Counted from the first letter of the whole stretch, positions 21,850-34,753 are shown. The stretch: 63,347 bases of DNA, filler included, from Octopus bimaculoides (GCF_001194135.2; 6 parts of 5 records of this genome joined end to end with filler, not necessarily neighbours in it); one strand, 5' to 3'. The notes: generated by a model from the letters alone, not told the origin. Numbers and translations: made by a program.

Positions 21850-24339
21850 TGATAGCAATAATTTTGAACAGTTTGTCCAGAGGGTTTGATCCTTAGCTAC
21901 CATGATTAATCCTTCTTTTCGCTTTTTTGAGAATTCTCTTTTTCAACCATATCCAAGTGTCTTCGCCTCTTTCTGCTTCAGTATTCTTCAGAAACTGAGT
22001 ATGTAAATATTTCCCATATAACTTGTTTTCCTTTCTTCAAGCATTTCATCTTTTGTTTGTCCTCGTCCTAAGTATGTTTGCATTGCTTACTGCTGCTAGC
22101 AATTCTTCAGTGTTTTCTTTAACATACTGATTGAAACTTTTCACTTCTACGTTCGTATAAAATTTCATACTGATCAGTTCCTTTCCTTCATTTTTATATT
22201 TCATGTATAGCCTGTCGAGATTTTCCCTTTTTCTGAGTTTTTCAATTAATATCTTGCTTTGTTCCAATTCACAAGACTAGACTCATGTTTCACTACTGAT
22301 ACAGCCCTTGATTTACTGCCTTTACAATGTTTCCAGAATATAACTAAGATTTCAGTAACAAATCAATCCTTCTGAAGTACTCTTTTAAAATGGTTCCCTT
22401 CATTTCTTTGTTTTTGATGGTATCTGATTCCAAAATTCCCAAATACTTGTATCCTTGATTCTCTTTAAAACCTTTCATTACCTGATTATTTGGCAGTTTG
22501 ATTCTGCTTTATATTCTCCTCCTCACCATCAAAATGGCAATCTATTGATACCAAATTCCATGTCTATGCCATTACTGAAAATCTTTCTATGGTCACCAGT
22601 GTACCAAGTTGATCTTCACTTTTCTCATTGCAATTTAAACCATTCATGATGGTTAACCATTCCAACTCTATTTCTCAAATCATATCCTGTTTTAACATCT
22701 CTCAAAATCATCGACAGAGGTATTACTATCAACAAAAACAAAAGTGGTGAGAGACTATCTCCCTGAAATATTCCTCTTCTGATGTTTATCAAATTCCTGC
22801 AGATACTGACTCTGTTTTTCAGGTTGGCATACTTTCTTTTTAGCAGTCTTTGTACACTTTCTGCCACTCCAAATATCTCCATATATTTCCCTGTCCAGCT
22901 GTGACATGCCATATCATAGGCCCTTTTGTAATCTATCCATGCTATTCCTAGTCCCATTAACCCTCTTTTGCAGTTCCTTAATACCATCTTGTCTATTAAT
23001 ACCTGATCTTTTGCTCCCCCACTTGACCTATGTTTACAACTCTTCTGCTTATCTGTTAATAACCATTCATTATCCAAAAACTTTGTCAAAAGTTTCCAGA
23101 TGATTGGTAAACATGTTATTAGTCGATAGTTTGACACTCCATTACGCTTTGACACATCATTCAAGATTAATGTCGCTTTTTCCATGTGTCATCCACAGAG
23201 GAGCATCAACTCCATTGGCTTGTAATTCTCAAATGGCATAATGTAAGTAATTCAGTCCAATATCCCTGCAATCCTTCGGGACCTAGTGACTTCCAATTTT
23301 TCATTTTTCTTATTTGTTTCTCTGTTGCTGTCTGATATTATGACGTTTTCTTGTCTGTTTTTATTTCTCATCTTTTCAGCTTTTTCCATCCAATTAGCTT
23401 CATCATTATGCACAACTGATCGATTCCAGATCTTACCCCCAAACCGTACACGTTCTTCCCGATTCGGTATGACACCATTGTCTTGAATCTCTTTCTCTAA
23501 CATTTCAAACAATTTTTTCTGATTTGTCTGGAATATCCTGTTCTGTATAAATTGTTCTGTACGTCCGTCATACCTTGTTAACTTACCTGTTTGTGCAACA
23601 ATTCTTTGCCTGACCTCTTCAAGAACAACTTCAATTTCTTTACTGTGTCCTTTGTATTTTCTTTCCAATTAATCTTTAATTCTAATGTTCTACAGTTCAC
23701 TGTTTCTCCAACTTTCTAACCTGCTCATATCTTTTCACAATTCTTCAACCTTCTCAACTATTCTTTTTCTCCACCATGGTTCTTATTTGTGTCCTTTTGT
23801 ATAATTTTTTATTCCAAGATGTTTAGCAGTTACACATGTAGCTACTTTGAACAACTCATTCAGTTTCAGTGATGTCAGCAGTTTGTATGTATCCTAGGAT
23901 TTTGTTGACTTGACTCGCTTTTTCTCTCAATTTTTTTCCCTATCTATGTTCTTCAAATTTGGTGGCCTATCCTTAATTGTCATCTGTTCCACAATTTCTT
24001 CTACTATTTTGATTTGTTTTTCAATTCCTCTGCTTTGCAATCCTCTCTTAATTTCTCTATCTATATTCAGGATCTCAGTGTTTTCAATCATTGTTTTCGG
24101 CTTCAACCAATGATTCATTTCTTTGACTTTTATCCATTTGACTATCTAATTGTTCTTCATTGGGTTCACTTCTTTCAAATTCCATTGCAATGTCTCTTTT
24201 TATCTCACCTAACTCTACATCTGAAAGCTATCCATTTGTTTTAATTTGTTTAGTCTGGTCGGCAAGTCTTTGTTCAGTAGTTTCAAAGACACTGATTTCT
24301 CTTCATTTGGCTATCATTCGCTTTCTGTATCCTTTTTGG

Positions 24340-24340
<1 letters not shown>
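21850..24340 (-). mobile_element. Dong/R4-clade LINE, N-terminus through RT (decayed)
   Basis: KGYRKRM...TEQRLADQ..QI..NG.LS, NYRLITCLPIIWKLLT, KDQVLIDK, AWIDYKRAYD, RGIFQGDSLSPLLF, RLYMK, GLIM.A.DQ. The 5' end abuts (AAT)21 on the minus strand. Confidence 0.85.
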
Positions 24341-24403
<63 letters not shown>

Positions 24404-24510
24404 TCTCTGAAGCTTGGTGGATGGCAGAATCAATCTGGTGATATACTGGTGATATTTCTTTTTTTTCTTTTCCGACATTAGCTTAATGATTCATCGTTGC
24501 TGGATCGATA

Positions 24511-24560
<50 letters not shown>
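24341..24560. repeat. Inverted trinucleotide tracts (ATT)21 and (AAT)16
   Basis: Direct reading: 24341-24403 and 24511-24560, with a 107-bp spacer. Confidence 0.97.
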
Positions 24561-24563
<3 letters not shown>

Positions 24564-24699
24564 TTACTTGCAAGATATTAAGATCAATTTCATCGATTCA
24601 ATCTTTCTCCAAAAAATATTAGTTCTTGATTTAATCTTTGAAACCATTACTATTACATATTTAAAGGCGACTGAACAATACAAACAACAGCAATCTTTG

Positions 24700-25260
24700 G
24701 CAGCAGACCATAGAAACGATAATGGGTTAGAGAAAATATGGTGGCGGATGGTAGAAGCGACAGAATGTTGGAAGTGAAGAACGCTGCTTATGGCTGACAG
24801 ATGGAAACCTGAATTGCTAATTAGAGCCGCTCAGCAACAAGCCAGTCAAACGAACTTGAAGTAGGAAAAGATTGATAAAATTCAGTTGAAGAGCAAATAC
24901 AGAATCTGTGAAAAAAAGGACGAATGTTAGCTATCACAAAAAGAGTAGAAGTGCAGGCATGACTGTGTTGCTAAAATAATGTAATAGTTTATGGATTCAA
25001 AGTGACAGAAAGTGGTATGAATGCAAGCCAGGGGCTGTGATGATGAATGACAGTAGCAGGAAGGAAATCAGATATAAATGTAGAGGACAAAAGACAAAAC
25101 AGAAAGCAAAACAAAACAAAAAAAAAACAATAAAAAAAAACAAAAAAGATGTAAGATCATAGACTTTGCAATACCATATGATAATAGAGTGCATATCAAA
25201 GAAGTTAAGAAAATCGAGAAGTATCAGAATCTTACCAGAGAGATAAACAGATTGTTAAAG
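24700..25260 (+). mobile_element. Dong/R4-clade LINE 3' fragment (CCHC remnant plus REL endonuclease)
   Basis: LIRAAQQQA, KIDK...K.RIC, RHDCVAKI, KW.E.KP, CKIIDFAIPYDNRVHIKEVKKIEKYQNL. Confidence 0.75.
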
Positions 25261-25747
25261 ACTAACATCCAATTTAAGTGGGAAATAAATATTACCTTTT
25301 GCTATTAATACTGCTTCTATCACTATTAAATACTTTTTAATAAACCCTTTGGCTATCTTCGACACCTGTGTTTGAATAGACACTGAGATTCTATGTATAT
25401 TGCTGACAGAAGAATTGGCTACTATGTCTAGCTGCGGATATCTGTCAATGACAAGGACAAGGAAGGCCGAAATCACGTGATTTGGCATAGAAAGATTTGT
25501 GTTTGTCTGCCAGCAATATAAACACAAATGCTTTTATGTATCACAAACAAATATAAGATGTATATAACGTAAATAACGTAGCATTTTGTGTTCTAACATA
25601 ACATCCACTTTAAATGGGAGACAATTATTACCTTTTGGCTTTAATACTGCTTCTGTTTCTATTGATTATTTATTGAAATAATGTTTTCAGATATGCTGAC
25701 TTACACCGTGATATTTACTCGGGTCCCTCTAGTAGTAGTAGTAGTAT

Positions 25748-25782
<35 letters not shown>

Positions 25783-26679
25783 ATTCCGCCAGTTAGAAAT
25801 AATGCAATGGATTCACTGATAGACTGATAGAAAGTCTATTACATCGACCCCAGTGTTTCACTGGATTGGAATCGGTAGTGTGCTGGACACATTACCTCAA
25901 GGTATGTAGCTTATACACATTAATGTTGCAAGTTCAATCAAAGCCTTTAGTCCTCTCTTCAAGTATTTCCGACAACCTCAATTTCTTTTACATTAGCTTT
26001 GGGGAGTCGAATCTTGATACATTATTAAGCTAATGTCTTTCCTAAGGGAATAAAAAAAAGCAGTAAATATATAATTTTACCTCCACAAGAAGGAAGACTG
26101 GTGGTAGTCGTGGTGTGGGAATAAATGATTTAGTCAAGTTGGTGACAATTTCAAAGAATAAAACTCCGGTGGTTCATTGCCGATTCTCTGTCAAACCATT
26201 TCATTATTTTATTCCATTGTTTTGGGTTATAATTTGGAATATTCTGGAACGAAAATGTTATAATAATATAACTTCTCAAAGAAGGGAGAGAATATTTTAT
26301 CACAAAACTTGAAAGGACCCTAAAAATATGAGGAATACAACGACTATAAAGCAAGTGAGGTAACTATCTATCTTAAGGACGGACGATAGTCAAATCGACT
26401 CAGCGCAAGTTTGCATTTTTTTTTTTGCTTTCAAAAGTGTGTCTTGTATAATATTTTTTATGTAAAAATTGTGCAACAAATAATACATTCGATCGTGCAA
26501 ATTGTTTCCACAGGAAATCTGCCCTGTGTGGCATATTTCCTAGTTTTGTGAATTTGTTTTCGGCTTGCTTAGCCATCTTCCTTTGGAGGATGGCGTCTTC
26601 AAGCCATGAAGACAGTTTTTCTATTATGACAAACGCCAGTCACCTTGGAGACACGTTTGACATAAACTTTCCTACACTC

Positions 26680-29467
26680 ACTCTACCAAATATTAATGAA
26701 AGAAGGATGGAGGAGAGAAATTCAAAAAGAACGAATACAAACGTAAACATGAATGCCAGTACTACCACCAACACCAACACCAACACCACCAACAACAACG
26801 ATATCATCGCAAAGCCGTCCATCATGACCTCCACCGAAGACAGTAACACCAATACCACTACTACAACTTCAACTTCAACCGCTACAACTGACACCTCTGC
26901 NNNNNNNNNNNNNNNNNNNNNNNNNNNNNNNNNNNNNNNNNNNNCCCCCCCAAGCTAAAACAAATTTCGTTGACGTGATAAAACAAAAGAGAACTATCGT
27001 AAAATTCACTGAACAAGAAATAAACACAAAGGTACTTCTTAGCAAAGAAGGAGATAATTTACATATCCATATCCCAAAACATATCATAGAAAACACACAA
27101 AAAAGGCAATAATATATAAAATTATCAACACGAAGACAAGACGAACGGAAAATGCACCACAACCAAAAATAGAAAAATGCCTTCGCCGTGTATGGGCACA
27201 TAAAGAATACATCAATTGGTGGCATAAATTCGGCACAGTTCAAGTTGCGATTCCACAATGAAAATCTGGCCAAACAATTTTCAACATTAACTCTTCGTAC
27301 GGACGAGTTGGTGATGATACCAACATACTTAGGCCAGAGAGTGACGAAAGTCACATTAAAAAATGTGCCACCAGAAGTAGAAACACAATGGCTAGTATCG
27401 GCTATCTGGTTTGAAATGACGGAGACTAACATTCTGGAAATTGCCGTTTTAGAACAACAAAACTGGGTCGGAAAGACAATTCAAATACTTATGCAAATTG
27501 ATCAACCATAGACAAGATACCCACCTCTATAGAATTGTCAGAGGGCTACAGACTGTATGTAGTGGTGGAGGGTAGGCGGCCACGCTGCTATCTGTGCGGC
27601 AGCAAAGCACATTTAAAAAAGAACTGTCCAACTGCTGCACAACAACAAGAGCATCAGCAACAACCAAAACACTGAGAAAAAAGCGTTACTACCCGCACCA
27701 CCATCAACACAGAAGACGACTAAAGAAGCATACCAGCCAAATCCATCAACATCAACAACCGAAAATAAAACAATACCTGAAAAAATATCACCACCAACAA
27801 TAACAAGTACTAAAAGTACAGGAAAACCAAAAGAAGATACTAAAACTGATCCCTCCTCCCCTATATCACATACACCTCACACGAACAATCAACAACCAAC
27901 ACCAACAAAAACAACAACACAACCACTTACACAAATACACATAGAGGCTTACAAAATCCCCTTACCCCCTTCCGATTCCTCAGAAATTTCGTTGGTAGAC
28001 GAAAGTAGTGAGGAATGGCAAATAGCCAGAAAAGGAAGGAGGAAGAGGAGCAAAAAAAGAACTAAACCAAACGCAAACGCGACCAAAGCAGGGAGATATA
28101 CTACTCTCGAAAAAATTTCGAACAAACAATACCATCACCAACACCACAAAAACACATACCGCAACCATGCTCACAGCCATAAACACTAAAAACACAGAGA
28201 TGATGGAATACATCAACTCAAAAACAGATTTAACGGAAGATGACACAAAAACAAACAATCACCCGCACACAACACCACCAGAACGCATCAAAATTTTGCA
28301 CGTCACACCGACCTTGCACCACACACTAAAATCCCTCTACCCCAATGCGGTAGGGGGATGTCAAAAATACTTTTCCAAAAGACTGTATTGCAAACTCCTT
28401 GATGAAAAATCAAAGGAGGAAACAAAAATTTCGAACGGTAAGTGACTCCCAGTTCCTTTCGTTTGTGTTTTAAAACACACAACTCATTAGGATCATGATC
28501 AAGATTGGTTGTGTGAATGCGCGTGGCTTGGGGTCCCCTTTGAAACAAGGGTACCTCTTAAATGACATAAAGTCACATGAGTTAGGAATTATAGCCATAA
28601 GTGAGACCAGACTCCATAATCCACGGATCCTAAAGTCTATATTTGGCGGACAGTTTAACATTTATTTTTCTCCTTGTCTGCCGAGAATTGGCGGTAGTGG
28701 CACGGTGGTACTTTTTCGCAAGAGTCTGGATCTCGATGTAAAGTCAATATTCGTAGACTCGCGGGGTAGACTGGTTGTCCTGGATGTCGACGGCAGCGAT
28801 GGGTGTGCTTTTCAACTCCTATCAGTCTATGTACCGCCTTTAACAAAGTCGGCCAGATTTCTTTCGACGTCTAGAAGTATTCCTAGGAACTTTTCATCCT
28901 TTATTTTTAGTGGGGTATTAGAATGCTACCTTGGACACGCATCTAGACTACGTGGGCAGAGATAGGAATAGACGGGGATGCAAATGCCTCAGAGACCTGC
29001 TCAGATGCTTTCAACTGTCTGACAGGTTCTGATTCGACCACCCAAATGCGTCAACGTTGACATGGAGCAACCGCATTGGGTTGTCGAGATCGTATCTAGA
29101 TAGAATACTGTGTAAGACAGTAGATAGGGACAGCTTAGGATGTCCATAATTCTACATAGTCAGCTACACGGATCACAAACTTGTGACGTGTACGCTAGAC
29201 TTAGATAAGGCACATAGGCAGGGCCCCGGTTACTGGAAACTGAACGCGTCTTTCCCGTCGAGACAGGTTTTCAGAGACCGAATTAGCATACTAGTAAAGA
29301 AGGCTTTGACAGGAGCCATCATCAACAACAAATGGTGGTTTGCCCTCAAGAGAGCAATAAAAGCAGAAGCGATTAGGTAGAGCAAAGCACTAGCGACAGA
29401 TAGAAACAGAGTAGAGGGTAACCTAGTCAAGAAGCTAGAAGAGGCGATCAGAAGCGGTATCGCATCC
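26680..29467 (+). mobile_element. L1/Tx1-clade LINE 5' half (ORF1 plus endonuclease), cut by a gap
   Basis: ORF1 with a T/N-rich start and zinc knuckle CYLCGSKAHLKKNC. ORF2 begins MIKIGCVNARGL...IIAISETRL...G.VVLF...GRLVVLD...SVY.P, followed by TWSN, S.LDRI, .DHKLV and GPGYWKLNAS. The 5' boundary is approximate. Confidence 0.88.
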
Positions 29468-29567
29468 NNNNNNNNNNNNNNNNNNNNNNNNNNNNNNNNN
29501 NNNNNNNNNNNTTAATTAATTAANNNNNNNNNNNNNNNNNNNNNNNNNNNNNNNNNNNNNNNNNNNN
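29468..29567. other. Assembly spacer N44-TTAATTAATTAA-N44 (12-mer also at 33732, 53542, 56623, 59206)
   Basis: Identical 100-bp layout five times; the 12-mer has stops in all six frames. Confidence 0.95.
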
Positions 29568-29842
29568 AAACTTAAGGTCATGAAAACCCATGGTGCATTG
29601 CGTCCTTGAGCAAGACACTATTTTACGTTGTTCCAGTCCACTCAGCTGGCAGAAAGGAGTAGTACCAGTAATTCAAAGGGCTAGCCTTGTCACACTCTGT
29701 GTCACGCTGAATTGCCCTGAGAACTCCATTAAGGGTACACATGTCTGTGGAGTGTTCAACCGCTTGTACATTAATCTTGCGAGTAGGCTGTTCCATTGAT
29801 TGGATTGACTGGAACCGTTGTCGTCGTAACCGACTGAGTGCC
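29568..29842 (+). mobile_element. SINE, family D
   Basis: GCGTCCTTGAGCAAGACACT central motif followed by a SINE-like body; the head is lost in the gap. Confidence 0.5.
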
Positions 29843-32572
29843 AATAACTTTCAACTAGTTACCATTATCATCACTAGCTTAAAATATCTATTTTTTTTTC
29901 TATGATCACAGCCATAAATATAGGACATGAAAGCTTCTATATAATCTAAAACCCAATTAACAAGTGCACTTTCCATATGGAGATCTTCAGTATATATGGC
30001 AGAATTCCTTCAATTAATTATATTAAATTAAATTTATTTTTAGTAAATCTCTTTTAATACATAGATGAAGCTACATTAGAACACACAGATATACTTTGGC
30101 CTAGTTTAATACACACACACACACACACACAAATATATCAAACACTGATAAAAAAAACCCCAATATAAATGTGAATAACAATAATATAAATATACCCGGA
30201 ACTCCAAAATACACATAATTCAATATCAAATATCAATGCTTTTTGTGTATTGATAACTATCAATCAAGTAAATTCATCCCCCTAAAATAAGGATAATAGC
30301 AACCATAAAACAAGGGAAATATGTAACTGTAGGGATACCGATTCATGTCCACTTGCAGGATTTTGCCTATGCTAAAATGTGGTATATAAATGCACTGTAA
30401 TATCAGATAAATACCATGCTAGAACTTAAATAGGTAGTACCATAAACTTCAAAAAAGATATAGAACTCATTTAAATTCTTTTACCAACATTAAATATAAA
30501 AATTCAACAACTCTCAACTCCTGTATACATAATCTAAGAGACTAATATTAATTTCAAAATATTTTGGTCTGTAATAGCAAACACCCTCCCCTATAAAGTC
30601 ATTATGGATAAATGAAATTCATGCATTAAGGAATCTTACATTATTCTTAGATCATATAATTCGGGTATATTAAATAAATTTTCCGATACGATTCATTCAT
30701 GTACTCACAAATTTCATTCAACCTACAAATTTCATTCAACTGCACTTCATAAAGCGCAGTTTGATAAATAGCGACTTTTGCATTCTAATTTCTCTTTTAT
30801 CATTCATCATTACCCAGAATACTTCATAATATATAATAATAACATATTTATAATTTATTTAAATTTCTGTTTTCCCATCATGCCTAACCATGTCAATATA
30901 AAAATAGTCAGTATCTAACCCATAACTGGTGACCAACATAATATAACCTTAAACGAAACTTCCTTACTCTATATCTTCTTTCAAACTTTGCTCTCTATTT
31001 TCGTGATGAAGGGGACATTGTCTATACGTGAATTATAAAATTCACAACTTACCAGAACAAACAGACTCCTGAAACGGACGTAGAAATACCTCTTACTTGT
31101 TATTATGACCTGTTATATCATATACATTTTTATAACTCTTAAAACAAATATATTCTCTGACTTTTAAATTCTTCATTAAGGTTTCTCGCTGCCGTCAATG
31201 TAATGTCGAACTTTTAATTTTTAATCTTTAATTTTTAATAAGACTTTCTTATATTCGCTATATCACTCCACATATCGAACTTTTTCTTGCTTATATTTTT
31301 ATGTATATTCTTATTCCATATATTTCTTATTTTTATTATATTCCTAAAGAATACCTTTAATATGCTCTGAATGTCTTAATGTATTTGTTATATTAAAGTA
31401 TGTCATAAATACAAGATAATTATCTAATTTTTGTTTCTTCTTTGAATTATGTTATTTATTATTTAGTGTCTCGGTTTCAACCTGAGTACCTCGAAGTACT
31501 ACAAAAGAAAAAGCAATATAATTATATATATATATGGGAGGGGTAAGGTATATGTATTTGTTAACAGTTACATAGCTTATTGTTGCACAACTCACCAAGG
31601 CGTCTCTCTGTGGTGTCCAACTTCCCACAAATTACACTCAACCATCTAAAATGTTAGAGCTAAACAAAAATAACAGAAGTAATTTGCCTTAAACATTTTT
31701 TGAAGAGTTTCTTTGTACTCATTTAACCTGAACTGTTTTGTTTTTCGCATCTAAGCAGTGCACTAAGAACCATTCTCTGCAAGGAAATTTCGACCATTTA
31801 TGTATTTATTCCCATAGATTATCATACATTATACGTTCTAGACGTGTAATGGAAGACAACTCTCATGATATACCTTTCTCTTTCGATTAAATATGATTTA
31901 TTGTACCATGTATATATATGTATGTGTGCATGCATGTGCATGTGTGTGTGTAACGAGAAGGGTTGAGTGTTCAACATTTATAATGACATGTTGTGGAAAG
32001 AAGAACGATAAGATTTGAATAAGTTGAAATAGTGACGATTTATTCCACTCGTTATAATAATAGATGATTTCCAAAGGAAATGATGTTAATACTGCAGTCT
32101 GGAACAAACATTCAAATGACTTCAGTTCTGCTGGGTCAGACGATATGTCTGTGGTCTGCATCTTGTTGCTGCAATGATGAAGACGGACGGCTACTGGCTG
32201 AAGAAAGCTGCATTTGGTTCATTGGCAGTTGGTCCAAAGAGATCAACAAAGAGCAGAAGAAACTGGTGTTTATATAACCATGGGGTGGCTTCGCAGTCCA
32301 AAATGGTTTTTCCCGCATTGGTAACAAACTCTGTTGCAAACACAAGATTGGACAATTAAAACTGACAACAACTCGGTCATGTGACTTGATGCCAAGAAAA
32401 GCTCTTGTGAGCCAATTTTCCACTACTTAATGTTAAAGAAGCTACATTGACAAGATATCTAATATTACAATAAAATGAATGTGTTAAACAGTTCTGCCAC
32501 ACACACACACACAAAATGTCTTGAATTCAGGAGAATTAGGTACTTAAATAGTAAAGCACCATATATATGTAT

Positions 32573-32960
32573 AGGAGTGGCTGTGTGGTAAGTAGCTAGC
32601 TTACCAACCACATGGTCCCGGGTTCAGTCCCACTGCGTGGCATCTTGGGCAAGTGTCTTCTACTATAGCCTCGGGCCGACCAAAGCCTTGTGAGTGGATT
32701 TGGTAGACGGAAACTGAAAGAAGCCCGTCGTATATATGTATATATATATGTATGTATGTGTGTGTATATGCTTGTATGTGTGTGTTTGTACCCCCCCCCC
32801 CAACATCGCTTGACAACCGATGCTGGTGTGTTTATGTCCCCGTAACTTAGCGGTTCGGCAAAAGAGATCGATAGAATAAGTACTAGGCTTCTAAAGAATA
32901 AGTCCTGGAGTCGAGCATGGCCACAGTCAAAAGACTGAGACATGTAAAAGAGTAAAAGAG
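32573..32960 (+). mobile_element. tRNA-derived SINE, family B
   Basis: A-box-like TGGCTGTGTGG, B box GGTTCAGTCC, internal (TA/TG)n, tail GTAAAAGAGTAAAAGAG. Homologous pieces at 56248-56435, 18880-19170 (minus) and 62320-62400. Confidence 0.85.
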
Positions 32961-32992
32961 ATACGATCGAGAATGTGAGTCACAATGACCTT

Positions 32993-33349
32993 TTCATGTG
33001 CATGGTTTGTGATATACCATGCCTTTCTCTTGCTGGGTTCAAATCTCATATGCGAACCCATGGAAAACGAACCTCCTCCAACTATTCTGCCTTTATGTCT
33101 GTGCACACCTTTCAATGCAACGTATGCTAGAAGGTTTGCAAATCTAACAGAGGCTTCAAAAGACATTTTAAGATCCACAAAAATCAAAATTTATTTGCAG
33201 CTCTTGCTGGTCCAAATTGGATATGCAATCTATGGGGTATCTTTTCAAAATATTTAAAAAAGCACATCAGATGCCATGATGGTTCTAAATGTGTAGGTAC
33301 AAGAGGTGGTCAAATTCTGCATAAGGAGTAGACAACCACCATATATATA
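32993..33349 (+). mobile_element. RTE-type LINE extreme 3' end with three C2H2 fingers and a (TA)n tail
   Basis: CMVCDIPCLSLAGFKSHMRTH, CNVC*KVCKSNRGFKRHFKIH and a degenerate CNLW...KKHIRCH, in one frame and with the same layout as 14263-14712. Confidence 0.7.
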
Positions 33350-33687
33350 TGTAGTAACGCCGTGCGCATGCGTAGTCTTACGCATGCGTAGAATTAAACA
33401 ACCAAGCGTTTCCCGATCAATTCATTCTCTTTCTCGCTGGCCAGCGATTGAGCATGGACGTGTGTTTAAGCTGTCTCTCTACATCTTTCGGACTTACGCT
33501 CGACAGCTCGCTCACATCTATAGAACAACGTCCCAGCACTATGCTCATACACAATAGAAGCTGTAACAACAAGAACATTGCATGATATATCATTACCACC
33601 TAAATAAACTGTTGTTTAAGTTGATAGTCTGGAGTTCAGCGTTCCGTTATATTCTTTAATTTTATAGTAGAAAGTCAGGTATACAAT
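33350..33687 (+). mobile_element. LTR of the 46097-48257 family, cut by a gap
   Basis: Starts TGTAGTAACGCC inside a (TA)n tail; co-linear with 48257-47895. Confidence 0.88.
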
Positions 33688-33787
33688 NNNNNNNNNNNNN
33701 NNNNNNNNNNNNNNNNNNNNNNNNNNNNNNNTTAATTAATTAANNNNNNNNNNNNNNNNNNNNNNNNNNNNNNNNNNNNNNNNNNNN

Positions 33788-33824
<37 letters not shown>

Positions 33825-33826
<2 letters not shown>

Positions 33827-34260
33827 TCATCATCATCATTTAGCATCTGCTTTCCATGCTGGCATGGGTTAGACGGTTTGACTGGAACTGGTAAGCTGGA
33901 GAGCTGTACCAGGTTCCAGTTCGAATTTGGCTTGGTTTCTATGGCTGGATCCCCTTCCTAATATCAACCTCTCCAAGAGTGGAGTGAGAGCCTTTTACAT
34001 GCCACCAGCACGGGTGCTTTACTTGTCACCGGCATAGGTGCCTTTATGTGTCACCAGCATGGGTGCCGCTATGTGTCATCGGCATAGGTGCCTTTATGTG
34101 TCCCCAGCATGGGTGCCGCTATATGTCATCGGCAAAGGTGCCTTTATGCGTCATCGGCATGAGTGTTTTTACCAGTCATGACTATGATTTCACTTGGCTT
34201 GATGAGTCTTCTCAAGCACAGCAAATCGCCAAAAGTCTCAATCACTTATGATTGCTTCTG
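33825..34260 (-). mobile_element. RTE-family 3' UTR/tail with an internal 25-bp tandem repeat (similar copies 37265-37745 minus, 53690-53765 plus, 15830-15890 plus)
   Basis: (CAT)n followed by TTTCCATGC.GGCATGGGTT, the same tail as the RTE copies at 56679 and 58350. GGTGCC...ATGTGTCA.C.GCA units at 34018-34160. Confidence 0.75.
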
Positions 34261-34403
34261 CGGGACCCAACATCCAAAGATCAGGCTTCACATCAGCGGC
34301 AGTCACTCAGCACCAAGTGGCTATGTGTTTTATCAACAGACAAATGAAAATCAAATATTTCAACTACTGCTGCATCTTTTGTTACTCAAAAGATTACAAG
34401 TCT

Positions 34404-34631
34404 TATTTCTTTACTGCCCACAAGGGGGCTACACACAGAGGGGACAAACAAGGACATACAAACGGATTAAGTCGGTTATATCGACCCCAGTGCATAACTG
34501 GTACTTATTTAATCGACCCCGAAAGGATGAAAGGCAAAGTCGACCTCGGCGGAATTTGAACTCAGAACATAACGGCAGACGAAATACGCTAAGCATTTCA
34601 CCAGGCGTGCTATCGTTTCTGCCTGCTCGCC
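34404..34631 (-). mobile_element. Full-length tRNA-derived SINE, family A, with 16-bp TSD
   Basis: TSD AAAAGATTACAAGTCT at 34388-34403 and 34632-34647; B box GAGTTCAAATTCC; core GTCGACTTTGCCTTTCATCCTTTCGGGGTCGAT. Confidence 0.92.
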
Positions 34632-34753
34632 AAAAGATTACAAGTCTAACAAGAGGAAGAGCATGAAGCCAGTTGTAGAAACAATTGTTCCAGCACACAA
34701 TAAATGCTTCTATACACAGAAGTTGAAGATGAGAAGACCTCCCCAACTCTTAC

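Noticed and set aside
21850-25260. Twin-priming inversion of a single Dong/R4 element
   Set aside because: The geometry fits, but the overlapping segments (GLIMVAKDQTLWTN vs ELLIRAAQQQASQTN) are far too different to come from one RNA.
32150-32420. Possible further RTE 3' end with a single finger (CVCNRVC...GLRSH, minus strand)
   Set aside because: The spacing is broken and no RT sequence is adjacent.
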